A stretch of 63,389 nucleotides of DNA, filler included, from Folioceros fuciformis (taxonomy: Eukaryota), in NCBI GenBank assembly GCA_049999805.1. It is 5 parts of 5 records of this genome, joined end to end, with 100 filler letters (N's around TTAATTAATTAA, not from the genome) between each part and the next. Parts side by side here need not be neighbours in the genome. Positions count along the whole stretch, not along the records: positions 42,208 to 55,059 come from JBNGIO010004931.1; positions 55,160 to 61,751 come from JBNGIO010004933.1; positions 61,852 to 63,389 come from JBNGIO010004950.1; 2 more parts are not named here. One strand, written 5' to 3'. Made by a program: the position numbers and the translations under genes. Under the pieces are notes generated by a model, which was not told the DNA's origin, made no database searches, and worked only from the letters and a program-made list of their open reading frames with translations. Below are positions 50,901 to 62,790 of the stretch, in pieces. Position 1 is the first letter of the stretch. Every line of letters starts with the position of its first letter.

Positions 50901-53900
50901 AAGACTGTGGTTCATAGCCTGATTGCACAGTCAACTGGACGAGCTCATGAACAGATTCAGGTTCACGACCAGCTCCCACTGGCTGAGAAACTGTTAAAAT
51001 CCTAGTAGTAGGATTGCATCTAATCTAGCGTGATTAGGATTGCATCTAGTCTAACATGATCAAGATGCAATGCTCAGAAAGATATTTCGTGTTAGTCTCT
51101 AAAAAGGTGTATACAAAGTGTGTCTTAAATAGTGTCAATGGGTGTCTCTTCTGAAGAGGCACACCCGTTTGTAATTATTAAATACTGTTAATTATGGTCA
51201 ACGGTAACTAGCTGGTCAGCAGGGTTACGGGCAGATTATCCATTCCATAGCACTCCCTCTTAAGTTGAACGTAACCTGACCAGTCGTGGAGGCTATCTCC
51301 CATGGAGCGCGAAGCTCCTCTTTAATGTGCTCCCTCTAAAGGCTAATGAGAGCCCGTACATGCCGTCTTAAGGCACGGCACTAAAGAGGCACAAGTCAGG
51401 ATTTGTGGTCCTGAAAAGGTAGCATGACCCCCTTGAAGCAAGCATCTTAAGATCACCTTGCTTCAGCAGCTAAGTCATGGAGACCAGGTTCTTGCCCATG
51501 TGTGGGACTAAGAGCACAGGCTCCAAGGTAAGCATCGAACCGTCCTTGAGTGGAAATTTGCAAGTGCCTTGTCCCATGATTGGCAAGCTGGATCTACTTT
51601 GTTCGTCACCAAGTAAACCTTTCCTTAAGAGGACGAGTATCCAGCTTGGTGAATAGAGTACGATCGTTGCATATGTGGGCAGTGGCTCCACTCTCCAGAT
51701 ACCGCCCCGCATCCTGATGCAACTGGGTGTTGAGGCAAGCCGTAGTATCTTTAAGGTTCTTGTCTCCGCTGTGCTGGCGTTCCCCTTGACTACAATACAG
51801 GCTGCCTATCACAAGTCAGTCTTCTGCGGCTCTCCGGCCTCTTTCTTGCGGCACTCTTGTGCCCAATGGCCGGCAGCTCCGCACCAATTGCAGTTTCCAG
51901 CTCGGTGAGGAGGGGCAAAGGTTGAGTCACCTTTAGGGGTGAAGTTCGCCTCGCCCTTCGAATTCCTCCCGGGCTCGAAGCGGGTGGAAAGCGCCCTGTC
52001 TGCCTTGGGCTTGGACCCTCTTGCAGAACATAAGGGCTCTGCTCCTGCTGATATAGAGCACCGATGATGTCCTCCACTGTTAGGGTGGGGGCGGTACCTG
52101 CTTACCCTGAGTTGATACCAACATCAGGCTAGTAACAAATTTCTGGTAAGACGGTGGTAAGCTCATTAGCAGCTGTGTAGCAACATCGGTCTCCGACATG
52201 GTTGAGCCAAGGGATGCGAGCTGCCCTCGCAGCTGTCTGAACTTCAAGGTGTGAGCAGAGATTGTATCTGTCTCCTTCATCCTAAAGGAGTTGAATTCCT
52301 GCCTTATACTATACAAGGTTAGAACATTGGTAACATTGTAGGTGTTAGACAACTGGTCCCAGATGACAGATGCATCTGAGAGAAATTCAACACTAGGCAC
52401 AAGACTTGAATCCAAGCCGCTGATCAGGAGTGCCACAGCTATCCCATTCAAATAGTCCCATCTCTCAACGACGGCGACTGGCGGGGGTGGAGTGGCAGAA
52501 GGGTTGGGCTTTGGAAGGGTGTCGTCGACGATCTTCCAAATTCCTCGGCCAATAAGGATCGACTTCATCCGAACGCGCCACATAGGGTAGTGCTGGCCGT
52601 TGAATCGGTCTTTCTCTCTAATGTGGTCGGTGAGGACGGGAATCGAGCCAGTGAAGGGAGTACTAGCCATGGTAGCCAGTAGCATCAAGCGAAAGCGAGT
52701 TGAAGGGTTGTATAAGCTGATTCACCATGTCTCCGTGAGTTGTGGTCGTAGGACATCAAGTTGAGTCCTCATCACGGGCTATTGGTGTGGCAGGTGAACA
52801 AAAAAACGAAGGGTCCCTCCTCCACAAGTGCCGACAAAAGATCCTCAAAGAAAATAATTATCACTCTCTTGCTTTCTTTTAATTTCTCTTGGGGTATGTA
52901 TGGGCGTGCTTCATGTTCAGCGTCTTCCTCTTCCTTTTTTTGCGAAAAAAAAACATATTAGACCCGTTGGAGAGTAACGGGGTGGCACCCATTGAGAATG
53001 GGCGCACCATTTCGTTGAAGGGGTGTGCTGCTTAGTAAAACGAGACACCCCATTTCGTTGCCCCCCCTTACCCGAACCGTTATCCAACTTAAGTTGGATA
53101 ACGATTCGTCTGCGGGCGAACTAGGGAGGCAGCGAGGCAAGGGCACATCGTTGCCTTGCACATCACACCACCTTGTGCCTCGTTGCGGTTGCCTCCAGCA
53201 CCTATTGCAGGTGCGATCGGCTGCGGGCTCTGAATCAACGAGCCGGGGTGCCTCCTCCTACAAAGCCCTGTGTTTGAATTTGGTGTATTTCAGGTCAGGA
53301 TCAGCCTAGAATTGCTTCTCATCCTGCAATCTTCCACACCCCCTTAGATCCGCCTCAATTCTCGACGGAGTTTGTTCGATTCTGGTACCATTTGGTAGAA
53401 GTTGAGTAATAGGGGGCAGATCCTCTGTGGGAATACCTTCTCCCCCTACACGCTGCAGATTGAGAGAAATTGAGCCAGTTTAGAGATACCAAGATCGACC
53501 GAGCTCTAATCTCCCTCTTCCCCAATCAGGCTCCAATCAGCAATTTCCCGTGAGTTGAGGCGCCTAATTCTTGGCAGAGGAAGGGCGCCCTGTAGGCACG
53601 ACCAGCCCTGGCTTGAAATCGTTGTGCACGGGGCATCGGCGCCTCCGATCGGTGTGCACAAAGATCCTCCTTGGTTTCATTTATGCTCCTTGCGATTGAT
53701 ATGTACAAAAAATATACACCTTGAAGGCGTCCTTAAGGAGAGTAGAGAGGGTAGCCCGTGCTCTTTCAAAACTCCAGAGTTAAGTCGGATCAACACCCGG
53801 ATGGGAGACCTGTTTTGGTGCATTCATCTTTTTTTTTTTCTCCCTTTTTTCATCCATCAATTTGGATTTGCTCTCTACTGATGGATTGGATCTATGTTGT

Positions 53901-54687
53901 CTTCTACAGATCTATGGAGGGGGTCGCCGAGAGGTCGTACACTACTTGACATCAGATGCCCAACCATAATGCGAAGACAATTATAAAAGAAGTCCATGCT
54001 CTGATACCATATTAAAATCCCAGTTGTAGGATTGCATCTAATCTAGCCTGATTAGGATTGCATCTAGTCTAACATGATCAAGATGCAAAGCTTAGAGAGA
54101 TATTTCGTGTTAGCCTCTAAAAAGGTGTATACAAAGTGTGTCTTAAATAGTGTCACTGGGTATCTCTTTCGAAGAGGCACACCCGTTCATAATTATTAAA
54201 TACTATTAATTACGGTCTACGGTAACTAGTTGGTCAGCAGGGTTATGGGCAAATTATCCATTCCGTAACAGAAACAGTGTAACCATGTTCCGCTGAGTCC
54301 TCCAGTCTGCAGCCTGATAAGGCGTCTCCAGCCACTGGTCACGTCCACGATGAAGGCGAGTGGAACATCGAGGAATTGGGATAGAAGGCTCAGGGACAGG
54401 AAGAGTATACTTGACATGATCATCAACATCAAGCGCGGGCTCTGAATGAGGCTCTGGCTCTGGTTGAGACTGATGATCAGTCAGATTGTCTTCTGGCACA
54501 ACATCTTAAGTATCTGAATCAACAGGAGCTACATCTGGACCAGATGGGAAGGAAGACTGAACATAAGGATCAGGGTCAGAATCAACAGAGGGAAAATCAA
54601 CAATATCGAAGAACTTTGGTTCGACCACATCAAACTGATCAGGTGCTAGAGCTAACTCTGCATCTACAAGGGGTGAGTCATTAGGAG
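47936..54687 (-). mobile_element. Ty1/copia element (3' LTR 47936-48113, PPT, 1.2-kb extra region, RNase H/RT), interrupted by nested insertions
   Basis: LTR TGTT...AACA with PPT (CTCCCACTC on plus). Motifs [36 protein letters not shown] and RYKARLVARGF. The linker resumes after 54275 (PRCSTR). Confidence 0.88.
50992..54270 (-). mobile_element. Non-autonomous copia-derived LTR element carrying only gag and protease (TR-GAG-like), 3279 bp
   Basis: 261-bp LTRs at 50992-51252 and 54010-54270. TSD GAAAC at 50987-50991 and 54271-54275. Met PBS at 53998-54009 and PPT at 51253-51261. gag ORF 52080..52688, CNWCGAAGHWAQEC and YLESGATAH are present; integrase, RT and RNase H are absent. Confidence 0.9.
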
Positions 54688-55059
54688 TGAGCGACAGCGC
54701 TTTCACGCGAACACACACTTCTATTGATAGAATGAATCCATTACATAGGAAGGCGGTTGGCCGTTGGATAACTAACTCGCTAAATAAATCGTTTCACATT
54801 TCTAACAGCTAAGAAATACATAAAGCATCAAATGCTTTCACACTCCCTCTATTTCTGCTGTTAGCTAACTAGTTTAATTTACAATCTAGCTTGTGCTTCG
54901 AATCTTCGACTTACTTGAATAGCTCCAGCTGTGCACCGGTCCGAGCTTACCTCTCGCTCGTCGCGCACGCTGCTTGTAGCCCCAACGCCTTGCGATGCTT
55001 CTCGTGCTTCTGCTGAGACAAGGGCTTGGTCAACAAATCTGCTTGGTTTTCGTCAGTCG
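54688..55059 (-). mobile_element. 3' end of copia family B (LTR 54688-54842, PPT, RNase H end), cut by the contig end
   Basis: Near-identical reverse complement of about 406-786. Confidence 0.9.
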
Positions 55060-55159
55060 NNNNNNNNNNNNNNNNNNNNNNNNNNNNNNNNNNNNNNNNN
55101 NNNTTAATTAATTAANNNNNNNNNNNNNNNNNNNNNNNNNNNNNNNNNNNNNNNNNNNN
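55060..55159. other. Artificial contig-joining spacer
   Basis: N44-TTAATTAATTAA-N44. Confidence 0.95.
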
Positions 55160-56319
55160 TGTCGAGAGTTGAGTAAGGGAACAGTGATCCAGAGGGAGCC
55201 GTGAGTGTGGAGAAGGAAGAGAGTTGAGGTGCATGTGAGGTGTGAATGTGACCTGAGTGGCTGACGTTGCGAGGACTGAGTGTGTGAAAACGAAGTCGCA
55301 GACGTAGGCGACGAAAGAGCGTCCTAAGTGTTGAAGGACCTGAGTGGCTGAGGAGTCGGTGTGGCCGTGTGCCGCAGAGGTGAACCTGAGAGTTGAGGGT
55401 GTGGATGAATGGGGTGTTTTCGAGATGTGGTGGTATGGAACGTAAGGGAACAGTGCGTGGAATAGTTTGGTCAGAGTGTCCCTAAGTAAGGCATGTGAGT
55501 AAGAGCAGATTGGGGGGGTCTGGACCGAAGTGCCTGGGTGTTGTCAGTGCAAATCGGGAGAGAGCGGAAGTTGAGCAATGTGTTGTGTGAGGGCGCCGTG
55601 GCATCAGAGACAGAGGTCGCTAAATGCGAGTGGAGTGAGCAAGTGTGATGAGTGAGTGAGTGACCCAAACGTGGTCGGGTAGAGAGTCAGATCCTAGCGA
55701 GTGTCTAACCGGGAAGTCACGACGTGGCTGAGTGAGATCTTTGTGGTGAGCGTGGGAAGTGCGCGGATGCCGGGAGAGTGACTAATCGTGGCCAAGGGTG
55801 AGTGTGGTACCAGCGGGTGAAGTCTCCAATGTAAACAAGCTGTGGTAAGAGTGAGCGGAATACCTAGTGTGTGTGTCTGTGTTGTTGTGTGTGCTGCGGG
55901 TGGTGGCGTCCCCCAAGACGACGATTAAAGTTTGGAGTGGATCCTAAGCCTAATTGGAAGGGGGAAGTGACCCAAAGTAGAGAGAGAGAGAGAGTGTGTG
56001 TGGGTCCCACCGAGGTAGCCAAAACCGCGACCGTCATAGAGAGACAACGGAGGTAGTCAAAGGGTCTTCGGAGTAACCGAGAGTCGGTAGTTGAAGAGAC
56101 CCACTGTGGAGTGGTTTCTTGCACCCAAGAACCACCAAGGGGCCACACATCCCCTTATTGTCGTTGCGGTCTTATGGTCCGCTCCCAAGGGAGTGAACTA
56201 GTGCCAAGGAACACTACCTATCACACTCCTACCTATCAGCCGGTCCATAGGCTTGACCATACACACACAACAAGGAGGCCAGAGGCCTAGCCTATCCTCA
56301 AATCAGCTCACAACAACTC

Positions 56320-56490
56320 ACATTCCAGACCTTTAGTCCTTCAACTCCTCATGATGTCCACTTTAGTCCTTTCCTCTTCACTTTAGCCCTTCACCCTTCA
56401 CTTCTATGCACTTCACTTCAACCCTTCACTTCTATGCACTTCACTTCAACCCTTCACCCTTCACTTCTATGCATTTCACTTCAACTCTTC
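56320..56490. repeat. Pyrimidine-rich tandem repeat of about 28 bp (CTTCACTTCTATGCACTTCACTTCAACC)
   Basis: About 3 copies plus degenerate flanks. Confidence 0.75.
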
Positions 56491-56739
56491 CTCTCCTCGC
56501 TTCAGCTACTCCTGGAAATTGGAACGCAACGGCTTCACTCCTTGCAGTCTTCAAGCACAGTGTGGATACTAGGACTGGATAGCCCTCCCGGCTCACGGTC
56601 TTGTCCCTTCACTTCAGCCAGCCTGCGAATCATTCAGCCNNNNNNNNNNNNNNNNNNNNNNNNNNNNNNNNNNNNNNNNNNNNNNNNNNNNNNNNNNNNN
56701 NNNNNNNNNNNNNNNNNNNNNNNNNNNNNNNNNNNNNNN

Positions 56740-57068
56740 AAACCATACCACTATTAACCCTTTTTCAACCAAAACAAACTACTACCCCAAACTTTGGAGG
56801 TTCACATGTGGGCTGCAATAGATGCCTTGAGGGAGGCAATTTTTTGGCCAATGGCAGGGTGATAAGGTGAAGGCCCTTTGGCCTTGACCTAATCACCCTG
56901 CCATTTGTTGTGTGAAATTGTGGCTGACCTTGTTGATGAAGTTCTTGAAGCACTTGTGTTGGGCCTTCATGGACCTGCTTAAGTGTATACCTATCGCCAT
57001 ATGTGAACCTCCAAAGTTTGGGGTAGTAGTTTGTTTTGGTTGAAAAAGGGTTAATAGTGGTATGGTTT
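56740..57068. repeat. Foldback: 68-bp perfect inverted repeat (56740-56807 / 57001-57068) with an internal hairpin
   Basis: The arms are exact reverse complements. The inner stem is AATGGCAGGGTGAT..GAAGGCC-CTTT-GGCCTT..ATCACCCTGCCATT. Part of the arm recurs at 42208-42230. Confidence 0.85.
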
Positions 57069-57235
57069 GGTTTTCTTTTTCAACTTATTTTCCCTAATTT
57101 TCCTTGATTTTCTGGTCATTTTTCTATTTTTCTTTGTGCTAATTAGGTTAATTGACCAGGAAATAGTTGGTTTGGTTATAAGAGTGGGTATAGGTTTGGT
57201 TCCAGACCTGGGAAAGTTTAGGTCCGGTACCGGGC

Positions 57236-57627
57236 CATAGGGTTATTAAAGCCCAATATGCTTAGACTAATGTGATTAGTTTAATTAGGCTAATGTGATT
57301 AGTTTAATTAGGCTAATGTAATTAGTCTAAGATTAGTGTCTAATTAAGTATCATTAGTTTAGATTAGCTTAAGCTAATTTTTAGGAAGCTTCCTGCATAG
57401 CTTCCTGTGAGCTTCTTGTAAGGCTTCTTATGATCTTCTTGTGAAGCTTCCTTGGGAGCTTTTCTAGAGGGTATAAATACCCTCTTGAGCTCCCTTTTCA
57501 AGGGAGATGAGAGAGATGAGAGAGATGGGAGAGACATTGTGAGACCTCTCTTTCTCCTCTTCTCCTCTCTTCCTCTCCTCTCCTCTCCTCTTCTCCTTCA
57601 TCATGTGGCTCCCTTTCCGATCCTTCA
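57236..57627 (+). repeat. Copia family A LTR copy (solo-like, expanded sub-repeats)
   Basis: Matches 1-327 and ends TCCTTCA. Confidence 0.8.
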
Positions 57628-59949
57628 AGGATCACAAGGTGTAATGACCAGGGTGAAGGGGTTTGCCCCTAGCTCTTGATTGTAAAGGATGTGTCTTTCT
57701 CTCGACCTGTCCACTCTTGTTCCCTGTTTGGACAAGTGCTGTAGGCCGGCCATGTTTCATGGCGTCTGGTAAGGTTGTGGGGAGGAGATACCCGAGGGGG
57801 TGTGGGGGGAGAGTGTGTTCCCTTCTTTCTCTTCTTTGCGGTTAGTCTAGTGACTCTTGTCGGGTAGGAGGAGTCAATAGGGAAGTGTAGAAGGTAGTGG
57901 TGTCATAGTTAGTTGCTGGTGTTGGTGCTGGAGTGAGAGAGCGAGTGAAGTGAGTGAGGGAAGTCGCAGATCTGAGAGGTTAGGGTCGTNNNNNNNNNNN
58001 NNNNNNNNNNNNNNNNNNNNNNNNNNNNNNNNNNNNNNNNNNNNNNNNNNNNNNNNNNNNNNNNNNNNNNNNNNNNNNNNNNNNNNNNNAAGGAACCCCA
58101 TCGCTCCTTCGTGGGAACGAAACCCAATGTCTCAACGACAGTGGGATAAGTGTGGCCACTAAAGGTGGAACCCGTCGGCAATCAGTGCCCGGGGTTTTGC
58201 CTCCACATCATACTTGTCCACCAAGGAGATTACAAGTTGAAAGTGAAACAAGGAGTCCCCCTCTAGACCTGTCAAGAATTTCTTTGCTACATGTTGGTCT
58301 TTGAGCATACTTGTGCCTTCACACAAATCTGCAACCTTCAAAAAACCATTTGCATTGTCTCCCCTTTCTTATGTGCAAAGGTTGCAAGCTATGGAACATA
58401 GAATTTTGGGCCAGTGATTCAATTTTGGTACAATTTGTACAGATGCGGCTAGTATAGGGGAGGTTGGTTTCTTCCTGTTTGGTTTTGTTTCTACTTTCTA
58501 TTTTTATTTTTCAGCAGTTATATATGTGACTAGGGTGTTCATGCATGGTAAGGAGAAGCATCTGTTCAAGGGACAGAAGTCTGATGGGTTCTTTTGGGAG
58601 ACAGAAGTGACAAGGATCTGTCAAAGGGATAGAAGTAGGATGGATTTGTCAGGGGGACAGAGGTGGTATGGTATCAAACCATCAGGTTTGGCAAGAGGTT
58701 TGGGTAGGGGACCTGGTAAACCAGGTTGCATGCAAGCACTCTAAGTTTCCATGTGACATGCAACCACTCTAAGTCCTCATGTGCTTGGGAGCTTAGGGAA
58801 AGCAGCCATTTGTGAGCAAATGGGTGGGCAGCAAAGGACTGGGAGAGGAGGTAGTCGTGCTGCCACAGTAGAGAGTGCGGCGAGCTCAGCTAGTGGAGAG
58901 ACAATGAGGCTGCCACGACGGAGAAGGAACGTGGCAGCTACCCCCTTCTTGTTTTTTTCCGTTCCGTGATCAAGGAGCAATCGGGAGGCAGGATACTAGG
59001 GGTTTGTGAGTAGGAGGAGGCATAAGCTGCATGCGAGGCTGGCTGAAGCAATGAGAAGGAGGGCTGTAAGTCAATGGAGTGAAGAGCTGTCTACCAAGGA
59101 TTTTCTTTTCTCTCTAATTTGCTGATCACGAGGAGTTGGCTTCAGTGGGGGGTTTTTGCATCCTGCTGATCTACTGATTTTGGTGTATAGAGCAACGTGT
59201 GGAGCTAGCTGGGCTCCTTGTTGTAACCTATGAAGGCGGAGCGTCCAGCGGCAAGCAAGGCGATGAGGAGGCAAGTGAGTAGGAGTTAGGGGGCTTAGCT
59301 TCACTAGAGTGGCGAGTGGGGCCAACTAGTTAGACTAGGTGGCTCACTGGGAAGGCGAGCATGCTGCACCAGTTGGCGACTCCGTTGAGGGGTATGGGTG
59401 TGTGTGGNNNNNNNNNNNNNNNNNNNNNNNNNNNNNNNNNNNNNNNNNNNNNNNNNNNNNNNNNNNNNNNNNNNNNNNNNNNNNNNNNNNNNNNNNNNNN
59501 NNNNNNNGCTGCGAGGTCCACACAAACCCTCTCTGTCGTTGTAACATTGGGATTTGATCCCAAAGGAATGATTTGTGTCAAATAAAACAGGTTTTCTCTC
59601 AAAGTCAGTTACTACCCAGGGTTTGTCTTTACTTACCTACCACTCGTCTACCTCCATTCAACTACCTCTACCTCCGTCGCGACTCAGCTACCTTGGCCTT
59701 GGACTACCTAACAGACCTACTCGGCTACTAGGGTGGGTGTGGACTTCACATGCTGAACAAACCCCTAGGAAATGATAGGTTTTCTTTTTTTTTTGATATG
59801 TGAGTGAGTATTGTAGAGGAAAGGTTGGGAGATTAGGTTAGAATAGTAGCTAGATTTATGGTGAGTCGATAGGGTAGGTAGGTTGTGTGGTAGATAGGAC
59901 ACGGGCTCTGGTTCCGCGGGGTAAGGTAATGAAGAAATAGGAAACCCTA

Positions 59950-61751
59950 GGACGTCGTGGAAGGCGAGCGGGGGGTCCTCTGCCTGTTGCTGGTGGAAGC
60001 TGGGGACGGAGATGGAGGTGTCGGGACGCTGCCCTGGTGCATCGGGTGGATAGGGATCACCAGAGCACAGGTGGCCAGATTAGCAGACCGGAGAGATCAG
60101 GGTGGTGGCCTGGATCTGGCCGGATTCAGAAGGTAGGAGCCAGCTTGCAGCCTCTGGGCAAGAGATCGGCAGTAGGCTGGCAAGAGGGCTGGCTGGCGGA
60201 TCGGCGGCAGGGGATCTGGGAGGCCAAGGCTGGTGGCTGGCTAGGGGCTCTTGATAGCCGGGGTGGATCCGGGTAGCCAGGCCGACGGGCATGCCTCTGG
60301 CCAGTCGGCCAAGCTGTAGGCGAGGAAAGCACGCTGGATCGCGGTCAGGGGCAGGGCACTTCGGTGGGCTGTGGTAGTGCCAGAGCCATGCAGGCAAGCG
60401 GCTGGCGATTCGACATCTAGGTGGGAGGGTGCCGAACCAGATTGGTAGCAGCAGCCAGATTCGGGATGTCGTCAGTCTTGGCAGGCGGGAGGTCGGGGTG
60501 GATTTAACCCAAGCCGGGGCCTAGAGGAGGGCCGGGCCAGCAGAGGAGCGCTTGCAAGGGCTGGGCCAGCAGCACGGACACCCGGCTGCGGGGAGGCAGC
60601 CTAGCCTGGCTGCAAGCAGGCAACCCGGCAGCAGGCGGGTGGGTGACCTAGCAGGCACGGCGTCGGGATCCAGGCAGCCAAGGCTGGCTGGCCAGGATAG
60701 CGAGGGGGCTAGCTAGGGGCTACAACAAGCAGCCCCGCGGGCGGGCTGCTTGGCCAAATCCAGGAGAGCGGGTAGGCACCCTTGCGGCGCGGACAGCTTG
60801 TGGCCGGATCCAGGAGGATACTCGCCGGATCGCTAGACAGCCCAGCCCGGCCAGCAGCAGGAGAGGCCGGCGGGCTGAGGGGAATCCTAGCCGGGGAGGA
60901 TCTGCAGGCTGGTAGACGGAATCGGCAGGCCGGACAGGGCCAGATCTCGAAGCCAGGCAGGCTGATCGGCTGACCGGGCTAGCTGGCTAGTCCAGCCCAA
61001 CGCAAGCAAGCCGAGCAGGTGGGCGGCCTAAGCAAATTGGCCAGGCGGGCGGTGTGTGGCCTTGCTGGTAGGCAGATCCAGCTGGGTAGCCGCCTGGCCG
61101 GGGAAGGCAAGACCTGGTTGCCAAGACAGACAAACAGAGGGCCGGCCTAGCTGCAACTAGAGAGGCAAGGCTAGACATGTCTAGCTTGAGGCAGCGCTGG
61201 ATCAAAGCCAGATGGGCCTTGGGCTAATCTAGGCAGTGCTGGGCAGCAAGGGAGGCTTAGGCAGGCGGCAGGTTAGCAGGGAAGCTGGCTGTCGGGGCGG
61301 CTGGCTGTAGCTGCTGGCTATGGCAAGTTGGGTACGGCCTTACAGGCTAGATCCAGAAGGCCGACTGGCTAGGTGGATCCACGGAGGCGACCTGGCTGAC
61401 TGTGGACGGGCTGAGGGAATCTAGGCAATGGCCTGGCCAGATCTCAAGCAGCAGCAGGCGGGCGGCAGGGCTGGTTGGATGGCAGCTAGGCAGGAGCTAC
61501 CTAGCAGCGCTGGCTGCTGAGAAGCAGCCAGGCTTGGCAAGTCGGGGTCGGACCCGGCTGCGGTCCCGGGGGGCCAGCATGTAGGCAGGCAGGTTGATCA
61601 GGTGCCAAGCTTGCTGGCTGGGTGGCTGGCCAAATTGCCAGAAGGTAGGCAAGCTAGGGCGGCCGGCTGGCTGGTAGTGGCAGCTACGAGGCAAGCACAC
61701 GTCGACTGCCCGACCAAAAACTAGGTGATACCGAAGGCCCGTGTCAATGAT
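59950..61751. repeat. GC-rich, G-skewed cryptically repetitive tract (GGCTGG/GCCAG/GGATC/GCAGG motifs)
   Basis: Composition and short motif recurrence, with no long ORF. Confidence 0.55.
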
Positions 61752-61851
61752 NNNNNNNNNNNNNNNNNNNNNNNNNNNNNNNNNNNNNNNNNNNNTTAAT
61801 TAATTAANNNNNNNNNNNNNNNNNNNNNNNNNNNNNNNNNNNNNNNNNNNN
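61752..61851. other. Artificial contig-joining spacer
   Basis: N44-TTAATTAATTAA-N44. Confidence 0.95.
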
Positions 61852-62005
61852 TGAGAACATTTTGTGCTTCTCCTGAAGGGAATCCTGGACTTGAACTACT
61901 AGAAGGGATCATGAGGACTGAGTGTGTGGAGAACCTCGGGGAAGGAACTATCATATCCAAACTCAGTCACAGGGACCGCCTCTAATGAAGTCAGGGAAGG
62001 AACCA

Positions 62006-62790
62006 TGATATCCAAACGAGAGGGTGAATGAAGGTCACCGGCGAGGTCTTGCAATGATAGAAAAAGGCAGAGATGGAGGACAGGCTAGACAGAGGGCGAC
62101 TTGACGTTCTTCTCCGCGGTGTGCCCTGGAAGTTTGAGATAGCTTGTGCGGTGGACGATCTTAAGGAAGGCAAATCAACGTTGAAGCACCTTCTCAGGCA
62201 TCCTGACTTCGAAAAGGACGATTGTTTCATGTTTTGCGTTTATGCCCATGGCGAGACTGAAGAAGATGGTAGAGAGTATGTTTGCTTGGGTGAAGCAGAC
62301 AAGGCGGAGAAGCTTTACGTTGAAGAAGATATTTTGATGAGTGCCACAGCCATTGCAATTGCAATTTCCAAGTACTTAGTGGTGGTAGACCCACCTGCAT
62401 GTTCCACCGAGTATAGACACAGGTAGGGCAGGGATAACGTCAAAGGTCGGATGCGATATCATGCACAGCCCAAACCATCGGTTCAATAGAGGTAGATTCT
62501 AAAAACGAATCGGACATATTAGCACAGCAGGTTGTCACTACCCAGACTTTTGCGGGGTGGACAGACGTGTGTCGGGGTTGATCTCCTCCCCTTCAGAGAC
62601 AGCAGGGTAATTTTCTCGTGAGGAGCACTAGGTATTCTCATCTGTTCTGCTTCATATGGTCTGCGGCATGCATCCGTTCGCCGGGCTTGCTTTCACCCAA
62701 AGCCTTGTCGATGGGCCCTTAAACTTGCAGCCAAAAAGGCTCTTTGAACGATCCCTGCCACCCAGACGTGGGGTGCCATCAGAGTAACCA
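62006..62790 (+). pseudogene. Caspase-like (clan CD / peptidase C14-like) protease locus with frame disruptions
   Basis: ORF 62073..62426 reads HPDFEKDDCFMFCVYAHG (His 62247) ...KYLVVVDPPACS (Cys 62400). RRGLAMI lies upstream in a shifted frame, and MHPFAGLAFTQSLVD (p10-like) lies downstream. Confidence 0.5.
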
